In this document: positions 35,201 through 46,310 of the stretch, piece after piece
How positions within the stretch are numbered: the stretch's first letter is position 1
Layout: every line of letters starts with the position of its first letter
Assembly (NCBI GenBank): GCA_002189035.1
Contig: NEEC01000012.1
Location: 3,162,001-3,226,000, forward strand
Reading direction: 5' to 3'
DNA: 64,000 nt
Source of the DNA: Utricularia gibba
Lineage: Eukaryota > Plantae > Magnoliophyta
Made by a program: the position numbers and the translations under genes
The notes under the pieces: generated by a model
Database searches by the model: none
Seen by the model: the letters and a program-made list of their open reading frames with translations, nothing else
What the model was told of the DNA's origin: nothing

Positions 35201-38200
35201 CCTTAGTCGTCTTCCGAAAGAGGATCTCTATGAAAAGAAGAGGATAACTCTTCATTTTTCTTAACATTTTGCGAATGAATGTTGTTAGAAATGCAACTAT
35301 CTCTTCATATTCTTTGCAGGGCCTTGCCTTTTGCTCCTTTAGGATATCGTAGAATACATTGATGAATGACAACTGCAAAATTGTTCAAATTTGAAATATC
35401 AGCATTTTTACTTACCACGGAAGTGATAATATCCAAGACAAAAAAAAAAATGACTGACAACCTGGTAAAGCATTGGTGATAAGTCCAAATCGTGGCAAAC
35501 TTTCCCAAGCATGCTTACTATGTAATGGTTCGTAAGAGTAGAGTTACTCTTATAGTTACTCAGCAGCCAACATAATTTCTGAATTATAGAGTGGTTAGCA
35601 AGAGCAGAAACCAAAGAGGAAACCTTAAGGTCAACCTCAGTGGTTGCTGCTGGGAGCTCATCGCCTGAAGATTTATCAATGTAACTGTTAAAACCATCAT
35701 GGTCAACAACATTCTTATCACCAGCATTAGCTTCAGAAAGCTGCTGCAAAGGTTCATCCTCAGATAAATTTCCAAGACCATTATCCAGCTCAGCATAAGA
35801 GCTAGGATTCCCCACTGTATCATTCCCCAAGGTGTTTCCAAGAACTGATTTTTCAGAAGTGGTGTTGACTGAGTCAGTTTTAGGGGTCTTGCAATGCTCA
35901 TTTGATTGAGAAGTATCAGCATGTTTGTTCATTGAATTTTTCACCTTCTTCTTCCTTGATTTTTTCGAAACCTTCCAGAGAAAATATCAATAGTTCAGCA
36001 TTCATATTTGTAGAATTCAAAAAAAAAAAAAAAAAATCAAGTCATAAAAGCATATCCTCATTTTCCAGTCATATACTAGATACAAGTACAAAGTCTTAGC
36101 TTCAGTAAGAATGACTAGAATAATAGGCTTCCACCATTTAGAAAACCAGCAACACATATAAGCAACTTCATTGAGAAAGGGGGGCAACCTAGCTAGTTCA
36201 ATTTTTCATGGAGCCAAAAAAATCTGCATAAGGGTACTATGAGAAGAAAAATGGACCAGAATATGGATTAAAAAATACTAGGAAATGAATGCATATGAAA
36301 ATTGAAATACGATATAGCCTATCAAATATACCCGCAATGTTCCACGTTCTTCGAGGTTTTCAAGAAGTTGCAGGATCAAATACACACATTCCACCAAATT
36401 TGTTAGATCACTGAAAATTATATCAAAAGATCAGTGAAGAACAATACACACGCAACGAGTGGAAGCATCAAGCATTTCAAATCTGTTAATCGTGTTCCTT
36501 CCACAACTATACCTTTTTGACTGTTTATGAGGATTGAATGATTTAATCAGGACGAATAAAAAATGGGTCAGTCCTTCCTCAGTTTGATCATAGAACAACT
36601 TGTACAGAAGAATGCGAGCAGTATGAGGTTCATTTGAATCTTCTGAACCTTGCGTGAGCACCAAATCAAGCATGCAAATCTATGAAATGCAGAAAGATCA
36701 GTATTCTCCAAAACATTCGAAGGTTTATTGTTATAATAAAAAAGAATGAGCATGAAAAGGCAAACACTATTGGAAAACAATAATTATCATCTTCGGAGGA
36801 ACAGATCAAATGAGTCTTTGATTCCATTTCGTAAGAGGGATAACATGGGATTATAAACCACATTGAAAATAATGGAGAATATGCTCCAAAGGATCATTTT
36901 AAGAATATAAAAAGAGGAGGTTTTACCATAATTTTCACAAGGGATCCAGCCACAGAGACAAGTTTGTAGTCATTTGTTTGTTTCAAACCTTCAAATGCAT
37001 AACGCCATTTTGAAATCACCAGTACAAACATTGGTTCATTCAATGTTTCAGCAATGGGTCCACATATGTTGCCATTGAACAACGTGCCATCATCATGAGA
37101 CGAATTTGATGCATTAATTTCAACATCCATAAAAGGCTGTCAATGCATACGGAAGAGCACCATCAGCTCTACACTCAAAAGCTTATGAGGTGAAAATTTG
37201 ACAAAGGTAATCCATCTTTCTTCATTTAAAAAAGATGCATTTCCTTCCATTGCATTAAGATGCATTTATTACTTTAAAAAACCAGCCATTATCAAAACAC
37301 CCAGGAGGGCTTTGAGCCCTTCTCTCGCATAAAGTAGGATGAAAATCATGATATGTTGAAGGCATGCCATCATGATTACACAGAAGACGGTGATCACAAG
37401 TAAAAAGAATTCATGCCAGGATTAAACATCGTTTCAAACAGTTGTATATTTACCTTCTCTAAGGATCTGTAGTATTGAAATGATGTGACAAAATGCGCAA
37501 CCTCGAAAAATATGACAACTTCAGTTGCCTGAAAATCTACGTGTTCTTCATCAATATCTTCACGAATAGACTGCATCAATACTGATTGAGGAAAAAGATG
37601 AGTACTATGTCAGTCGTATGCACCCAAAAACAAGAGAATAGCAATCAAGCTCGTTGAAAATCATTACCATTATATCCCCCAGAAACAAACTGAATTACGA
37701 ACTCATTGAGTAATCGATGTATATTTCCTTCTGATGCTAGTTTATCATGGTCCCATATCTCCTTTTTGGCTGGACCTCGGTGCTTTTTGTGAGCTTTCAT
37801 TAGAGGAACACCAGAAGCAGATGGCTTTCCTTTAAAAAGGGCCTTAGAACCATCCTGAAGTTCATCAACAACAAAAAGCATGTATGTAACATTGAAAACT
37901 AGCTCTAATAAAGTTCACTGAGGATTAGTATGATCATGGCATAACGTTGCAAATGACCTCATTCATAGATACATATAGCACTTAATCTCACAATAAAACA
38001 AATACTTGACTCATCAATAGAATTGCAAATGTACAGCAAAACAAATCATACCAACAAAGTCCGTGTGAACGTTCCACTGAATTGTGAATAGGAGCTGCGA
38101 TTATTAAATTTGGTAATCATCCTTTTCTGCTTTTCCTCTTCCATGATCATCCGGAGACAGTTGACTGAATTTTCAGCAGCATGTTCCACCTATTTAGGAA

Positions 38201-39394
38201 ACCCCACATAAGACAATGGTTTGACAAATTTAGAGCAACATTGCAGAAATGATATATGATATGATTGGAAATGAAGAAGAAATAATAAGCGAGGACGAAT
38301 GGTATGGAATGCATATAAAAAAGTGGGAAAAATAACTTGTTCACTTGGATGATAATAGAGACCCGATGTAGAAGGTAAATATATACAACCTTTGAGTCTT
38401 TGAACTTGGAGGATGCTGTAGCAATCAACTCAGGATCTTGTCCCTTGAATATGCAATGAAAGATTTCCAGTAAAAGGAGGTTGTCTTGGTTTAAATAGCA
38501 ATGCAAACTTCCAATATGCAGTGTTAATGCCAATATCAGATCCATAACGTTCTCCTGGAAAAATAGTTCCAAGCACTTGTCTCGAATAGACAGAAATTGA
38601 GCAGCACATCCACCTGCTTTCTGCTGCATTGAAATTTCTTGAATTGCCAGAATATTTCGAAATAAAGTAAGAAACAGCTGCACTAGTTTCCAGTCATCCT
38701 CTGTGAAGCTCTCACTGAAGAAAAGTAACCAAAGAATCAACCCAGGCCACTCAATGATGTGCCTAAAATCATTGCAAGAGTTCAGATGAAAAAATAAAAA
38801 ATCAAAACTCACTCCTCAAGATTTTCAAGCGGGCTTTCCAGAAAAGATATAATAACTGGGAGAATGTCGCTGTACGCGATCACTGACTTCAATCCCCATA
38901 AGTACTCCATTTGCTGTTGAATATCATTCGACGTCGGTTCAATTGGCATTGTAAGAAACACGATCACCTTCACTGCAAATGGATCCAAAATCACAGATGA
39001 ATTGTAACCAAAAGCCCAGCATTTTCATTACCCCAAAAGTTGAGTTAACTATTACCTGCATTCAACACCAAACCACGATCTTCCTGGCAGTACAGAATAA
39101 TCGGTATCAAATCGCTACTCATAGTATTCCATCTACAAACTTGCTTAAACACATCCCGTTTCTCCGGATCATCACGCCTCAGAAACCTCAGCAGATCCTT
39201 CATGTTCTCTTCGCATAAAAAAACGATTTTCCAGCAACAAATCGTCAAACCATGCTGAATTTCCAACATAACCAAATAAAAACTCGGAAAACCATACCAG
39301 AACAATATTCGCCTTTGGAGTAGCCAATGCATTTACCATTATCATCCTCCTCGATTATCCCGAGACCAGCACAAATGACCGACAACCCCTCCAT
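32264..39394 (-). CDS. ATIM: TIMELESS/Tof1 homolog (fork-protection complex subunit); about 18 exons
   Basis: MEGLSVICAGLG..GYSKGEYC, NMKDLLRFLRRDDP, VFLTMPIEP, FTEDDWKLVQLFLTLFRNILAIQ, LFYDQTEEGLT, DLSPMLYQLS. All exons I traced join in phase. Confidence 0.95.
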
Positions 39395-39470
39395 TCTTTC
39401 CCTACGAGGATTATCGAGAACTTCTATCCATCCTAAAGCTCAGGGCATGCAAACACTGATAAGAGCAAAA

Positions 39471-39502
39471 TTTCCCGCCTTTCTTGGGGAAAGTAGCGGG
39501 AG
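39471..39502. promoter_or_regulatory. E2F site upstream of TIMELESS
   Basis: Canonical TTTCCCGC at 39471-39478, 77 bp from the ATG, plus GCGGGA at about 39496. Confidence 0.6.
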
Positions 39503-39623
39503 CGTAATTTATAATCGTCAAGCCCCCTCGGCCCACATTTCACCCAAACGAAATGGGCCGGGCCTGGGTTATCTGTATTGACGGTCCAATTTAATCCACC
39601 GTCTCTTTTGAATATTTATTTTA

Positions 39624-39643
39624 ATATATATATATATATATAT
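39624..39643. repeat. (AT)n microsatellite
   Basis: About 10 AT units. Confidence 0.85.
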
Positions 39644-40089
39644 TAAAAGCATTTGATATAGATTCTATAGAGCAAACATCCAAACTTGCCATCTTTCTTT
39701 TGAAAATTATAAATAAAATATTTCTTTCTATTTAATTACACTTATAAATTTTTAATGTTTAATTCTTGTACCCAAAAATTTACAGTGGAGTCACAAGGTA
39801 ACAGAAGAGTAGCACTTTCTTATTGGCACTTGAGGATATATTACATGCATTTCAATAGGTACTTACAAACCACATTGGAAGAGTGAATATGAGGCAAACA
39901 CAGCCAAGGCAGCAACACCTACAGACCACTTGCGTAGCTTCAAGAATAACCAACTGCGTCTACTCTACTATCATTACATACAAATGATGATTGCCAAGCG
40001 AATCAAAACCGACTGCACACAGAAGCTGAGACAGAGAGCGAGAGAGAGATCACGACCTTTAAAAGTGGGAGTATAAATAAAGCCTTGAG

Positions 40090-42019
40090 TCACAGTGGTT
40101 GCTGTTGTGATGCAGGATTCAGGTTGTCGCCTGCCTCACCAACACAGCCTGTTACACAGGCTTTACCTTTTGCAAGCATTGCCATTAGTCTGCCACCGTG
40201 TACTCGGCCTTCCGGCAAGCTGAGTTGATCCAAGCAGGAAGCGCCAGCACTGAAAATCGTAGCGGTGGCAACTGGGGAGGATTGTGATGGATACCCTACT
40301 GATGCGGAAGCAGTTGATGCTGACCTGTTGTTGTCTGATGTGCCTGGTAAAGAGTGACTGGTTTTTGGTGTCAAAATGCCTTCAAGAGTTGATGCTGTCC
40401 TGTTGCTGGCTGATCCATGCAGTTTTCCCTGCATTTGAGCACTGTGGGCTGTACAGAGGCCGGACTTTCCCCTAGCAAACTTATCACATTGAGAGCCATC
40501 TTGATCACCCAACTCTGAAGATAAATGACCCCAGGAGCATCTTCTTCCTCCACCGTGTGCCTTGCAGAAGTCGGTGCTACCTTGTGCACTCTTTGGGCAA
40601 CCTTCAAATTTACACCTCTTCCCACCGCCATGACGGACGCAATAGCTTGTTCGTCCTCGTGCGCTCTTGGTACAGTCAGGAACTGCACATCTCTTGCCAC
40701 CACCATGACCAACACAAAATAAAGTCCCCCATGAACACTCTTGGTGCACCCCCTGCAGTGCATCTTTTTCCACCACCATGCCCTTTACAGAATGGAGTGC
40801 TGCCTTCTGCACCTTTGGTGCAACCCAAAAATGTGCATCTTCTACCACCACCATGAGCTTTACAAAACATTGTGCTGCCTTGAGCACCTTTTGAGCACAT
40901 GGGAAATTGGCAACGACGGCCACCACCATGGGAGATGCAAAGGCCGGAGATGCCCTCAGCACTCTTGGTGCAGTTTTCTATCTTGCAGCGTTTGCCACCT
41001 CCATGACGAATGCAAAGCCCAGATTTTCCTCTGGCTGCACGGACACAGTCTTCTTGAGTGCATCTCCTTCCACCACCATGGCTTATGCAGTAATCAGTAC
41101 GGCCTTCAGCACTTTTTGTACATCCAAGGTGCTGGCACCGCTTCCCACCACCATGTGCCTTGCAGAAGACTGTCTTGCCTTCAGCGCCCTTCTTGCATCC
41201 ACCTTTCTGACACCTCCTACCTCCTCCATGAGCAATACAGAGTCCAGAAGCGCCCCTCGCACCTCTGGTACATCCCTCAAACCGGCAAGTTTTCACATTA
41301 CTTTTACGTTGCTGGCGTTTGATATTCACAGCAGATGGACTACCGACGGAAGTTGGAGGCACCACTGCAGTTGAAGGGCTGCTCGATTCAGTGGGATTGT
41401 TATTGCAATTACAACCACCACAGCTTTGTTTCAATAAACTGGAAGTTTCAAGTTGACTCTTATGAGGAAGCAACAGAGGGGCCCTTTTCCACTGTGAAGA
41501 TGTTGAACCATCATCCATCATATGAATTTCAGGGAGAACAATAGGTGAGCCAGATGTATTCTGGTGCGGTGTCAACCCTTGGGCCACAGTGGTTACATCA
41601 GACTCTGCTGTTCCAGTAGACAGACTTAAGTGAAGGTCCAAATACGGCCTACATACCTTCTCAGCTTTTGATGAGCCAGCAAGAACCATCTTTGAACTGC
41701 ATGACCTATCGAATCCCGTTTCCAGATTGATGCTGAGACCAAGATCAAGAGAAACGCCATCTTCAACTTCCAATGGGGAGCATCTGGTAGTCATTATGCT
41801 TGATGATGGACCCAATCCAAGAACCAGAGAGGACGCCTCTCTGACAGCACTGGAATGATTGATATCCGTAAAGTGCCTCTTTTTTCCTCTGGAGACATAG
41901 GCTCCCAACACTCCCGGCAAATTAGAGTCAAGAGCAGCATCAACCTTGAAACCACCAGTTTTGTCCCAGTACTTTGATGAAGAGGCCAACGCATTGGAAC
42001 CAAAAGGGCCACCATCCAT
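40090..42019 (-). CDS. Cys/Gly-repeat (CxxxGCxKxAxGxTxxCxAHGGG; 'loricrin-like', WRKY19-like zinc-finger repeats) protein, At5g64550/At5g09670/At1g64140 family; two apparent 1-bp frameshifts at 40749-40753 and 40726-40730
   Basis: About 10 HGGG repeats, N-terminal LDLGL and LDLHLSL motifs, C-terminal LPEGRVHGG.LMAML. Confidence 0.9.
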
Positions 42020-42232
42020 GCACACAATCTCAGGATTTGTGGCAACAAACATCAGAAAGCAAAAACCTATAAATAGGAAAGAATCCAAAGAATGGAGAAC
42101 TTCTACGCTTTACAAGTAAAGGTAATGGCTAGAGCAAACTGAACATTTCCCAAAGATGAAGCATCCACTGCTAACAAACCCTGATGTATCATTGCGGTCC
42201 ATCCTAGGAGCAACGAAGGGCAGTTGAGACCT

Positions 42233-43218
42233 TCAAAAGATGCAAGAATCAACCCAACGCATTAAGATCCCCTGCCAAAACAAAGGCATGCGAATTCCTT
42301 TTTCAAAACTAAAGAACTTCTAGTGACTATGAACCAGACCCCTCACTCAATGTTAACGCAAACATCAGAGTAGAATATGAAGCACAACAAGAAGGCAAAG
42401 TCTAACAATGTTTTTTTTTTTTTTGTATACTGTTGAAGTCTCAATTGCACGATGAATACCCCTCAAAGGAAAAAAAAAATCACATGCTCAAATTGCACAC
42501 ACAAAGCGATATGAATCTTTCATCTTTACGTATACTTTTTAATATTTCAGGCAAGAAAAAGATAAAGGTATTATAAAGACTGTCTACAAACTTCATAGAA
42601 TACTTTTTATGCATACAAATGGCGGTTGGCATAAAAGATTGCACGAGAATTACGCAAGTAAGATGAGAACACAAACTTCTAGGAATACCGAAAACTCCCA
42701 ACGACTATCGCAAACAACATGACAGGGTATAAGTAATTTGCAAGGCACAGGGAAAAAAATCTTCATGCAGGAGAAAAAAAGATATTCAGCAGGAGATAGT
42801 GCATCGCATAACCATTCTTCCAAAAAAAAAATCATTATTGAGGTGAAATACAGAGGAACTCAGTCTTGAAAAGCCGATAAAAAACCGTCGAACCCCCAAA
42901 TCTGATTATATTGTGAATGAATTAAATGTTCCATTTGCAGAAGAACCGTGCCAGCGGCAATCTAGAGGAGAACATAAACGAAATCCATGTCCCCAAATCC
43001 AAGAATTCGATCAAGACACCAAAAAAGAAAATGAAATCCGATCATTGTAACACGTATAATTCAGCAACTCACCCCCTCAAGAAGGCGAACTCGCTCAAAC
43101 CAGCGCCGAGAACTCACGAACCGAATGCACCGCTGAAGCTTACAGCGAGGGTTCTGGAGCTCCAGAAAATCGGACAAGTTGCGAAGTCGAGAGAAAGCAT
43201 TGGTGGAGAAAAATCCAT
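42233..43218 (-). CDS. Candidate intron-spanning upstream ORF in the leader of the Cys/Gly-repeat gene
   Basis: ATGs at 43218 and 43200, donor gtgagt after 43118, acceptor ttggcag before 42271. As assembled it reads MDFSPPMLSL..GSGS* (36 aa); with one extra T it reads ..SRLRNLSDFLELQNPRCKLQRCIRF|GILMRWVDSCIF*. Confidence 0.5.
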
Positions 43219-45603
43219 TGGAAAACACGGAGAAAATAATTCATAGTGGGAATTCGGCGCAGGATAAAGAAGTCGGCGCACATTAACTAAACCCCCCTGG
43301 ATCCTCCGCATGCGCCCGCACGGTTGCTTCCATGCGTGGTCCAATTGAATCCCGACACCGCTACGTTTCCAATTTCATCGACTTCATTTTTTATGTGCTT
43401 ACAAAAAAATAATACTAACAGATACTAATTGTAATATAAAATATTTTAAATTTCCGTTTTAATATTTTTTAAAAAATATTTTTATATTCCAAATAGAGAG
43501 AGTGTGTGTTTTTTTTTTTCTTGCAGTATTAATTTGGGCATGAGGGGGAGAGCAGTCCGCTGAAGAAAGAAACGCCTGCGTGCATCCAATGATTGCCCGA
43601 ATATAGTCGTCGTAATCGTTGACTACGAGGACGCTCATCCACCCGGCGGCGGCGGCGGCTCCAAGTCGCTGAAACGCCGCTAGTCGATACCATGCTTTGT
43701 GTATCATTTATTTTTATTTTTTTAATGATATAATTTTAATAATTCTTATTTTTCTTCAATGGACCCATGGATGTCAAATGACATCATTAAAAAAGTATTC
43801 AAATTATAAATTTAAATTATTATTATTATTATTATTGTTATCATCTCCGACCACCACACATGGCGGATCACGTTTATTTCCACCTCAAGCCGCTACTTTA
43901 TATCACAACTTGCGCTTCTTTGGCGATGATGTGGTGTTGTTCTGGTTTACAAGGCGCACCCTCCTGTTCTCATTATCAGCTTACAGCTAGCTAAGGGGTA
44001 GAATCGCGATTTCTCATTGGCGGTTGTGGATGAAGCCCAGGAGGAGGAGGATTTGGGGTCTTTTAACTGCTTCTCCAAAGGAAGAAGAAGGAGGAGATAT
44101 TTGGTTTGCAAAGCGTCAGCACCTTTACTTTTCTCTTTGCATGCAGATATGTTTTCTCTTTTCCTGGTCGCTTTATGCTACCGAAAGTGATGGGAAATGG
44201 CCCTGTCCCTGCCCCCGCCCCTTTACCCTCCCCATCTGAATCTGAAATTCAATGCCCTTTGGAGATGTGCTAAATGAAAGTGCACTCATTGGGTAACTAA
44301 GATGAGTTTATTATTGATATGAGGGTAGATGTTATCTACGATCACACAAAAAAAAAAAGTATTAATTGAATTGAAGACCAATTCGACTTGGAGGTGAGTA
44401 TTAGAATTCATAATACCATATCGAAAAATAAAAATAAAATAATTAAGTATATAATAAATTGTGAATCACAAATAATCGGTTAAACGTAATACTTTATATT
44501 ATGATTTACATTTATTATGTACTTAAGCTTCACGTATGCGTATGCCTGATCTATAGGATCCTAAATTTCAATAGTGCTCCCACCACTCCCTTGCCAGACC
44601 TGGTTCCGTCTTCAACTCCCCGTGCACCACCGGAATATACCCCTCCTCCCCTCTAAAGTGGGTGTTCCTATGCACCATAGCTAGGGCTATTTACTTTACT
44701 TCCAAAAAAGTAATGTTGAATATGATCAGTTTTTTTCGAAAAAGTGACATATCAAGCTCATATAAAGATTTTTTTGGGTTTTCACGATCAATGTGGGATA
44801 TTGAACTTGGTCCAAAAGGGACAACTTCTGTGTTGGAATGCATGGAAGGATTATTACTTGGAATATCCTTTTGAAAATATTCCAAACTTATCTTAAGACA
44901 CGACCAAGAATCAGTTCATCTGGTTGGGGTGCGCACTTAACGCTACTTTGTCTGGGGGAATTTATGTGATGCCTCACATGCCAAAACACAAGTTGGCTTT
45001 GGTGACCTTTTATTTATTTTCATTATTTCACATAGTGATGTAATAGAATTGTGAATTTTACATAGTGACTGATGTAATGACATGAATTGCGATTGTAATG
45101 GATATCATTGATATTTGAAGCATGACATTAGATTGAATTGTAATGGAGCAAGTTTGATGTCATCTTCATAGTTGGGCTCTTCCTAGTGGGCTTGGCCCAA
45201 ATCACCTTTCTTCAAAAAAACAAAAAAAAACTTTTAAAAAATTATAAATATTTATCTTTAAATATAATATTTAAATGATAGATAGGCTATCTGCTTAATC
45301 AATTTAAATTATTAAATATATTGATATTTCAAAAAAATAATTTGGAAAATAACTTAATTGGATGATGTGCATGCATTGAAGTGATCGAATTGATTCTTAT
45401 GAAAAAAATCATAATCCGACCCGATTGTTTATGCAGCGACTCGGGTTTTAAAACCTCTTGGACCGGTTATTATTAAACATTTTTTTATTTGCAAACAATT
45501 GAACATGCTGCTTAAATTAAATGGCTGAAAGGAGGGAACGTCAGCTGGTATGAAGTGGGCCCCACTAGATTCTACACTGGCAATTTATCCAACCATATTT
45601 TGA

Positions 45604-45672
45604 CACGTGTGTAAGGGTATCGGTGAACTCTCCTCCAAATATCTCCATTTCGACTCCGGGAATGCCACGTAA
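45604..45672. promoter_or_regulatory. G-box/ACE elements in the SIG5 promoter
   Basis: CACGTG at 45604-45609 and GCCACGTAA at 45664-45672. SIG5 is a known light/HY5-responsive gene. Confidence 0.55.
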
Positions 45673-46310
45673 GCAGACCTTCTGTGCTCCACATCTTCCG
45701 CGTCACCTCTTGTGTCGCCGTGGACAACTTCTCCGCCATCGATCACTTGGCAAGAAGCGTGCAGACGTCCAGTCCAAGGAAAAGGTTGTGATGGGAAAGT
45801 TTGAGAGCTTTGGAGTTGGTATTTTTCAAGGCGATGACTATGTGCATTTGTTTGTTGTGAATCGAAGAGTGATTCGCGTCTAGATTCTTCGATTGTCGCC
45901 GAAATCTGGCGGTGGTGGTTGGGAAATCTCTGCGTGATAAATACCTCTGGAGGCGTGGTAAGGTACTTCATGCTAACTGTATTACGGTTAGTTCGATTCT
46001 ATGCATCATCTCTTCGATTACGATTGCGTCCTGTGAGTTTTAAGCTCAAGTAGAGAGTTGCTTCGTAAGGATTCATCATACTGTTTTATGCATTTTAATT
46101 ACACTGAAGATTGTGTTGTCAGCGAATGCTTTGAAACGGATGAATACTTTTTGATGTGTAATTCGCTTTTATTGTAACGGAAGAATTTGCTGATTTTTTC
46201 GCCGTGGTTGGTTACTGATGAAATCATTCGATTGTGTAGCAGGCATAGAAACAACGTGGTGGTTTTTGCATTCTAAGTACACAAAACTGCGGTGTGAAAC
46301 TGATTTTGGT

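Noticed and set aside
40741-41374. Long antisense ORFs over the Cys/Gly-repeat gene (also over the C2, MES, DUF819 and WSD genes)
   Set aside because: These are shadow frames expected opposite GC-rich or repetitive coding sequence; there are no independent motifs.
44249-44263. Minus-strand TCCAAAGGGCATTGA resembling miR393
   Set aside because: The central ATCG is missing and there is no star arm.
46218-46310. In-frame upstream ATG extending SIG5 by 31 aa
   Set aside because: It probably lies in the leader intron (acceptor tgtagcag at about 46241); MGVV is the family-typical start.
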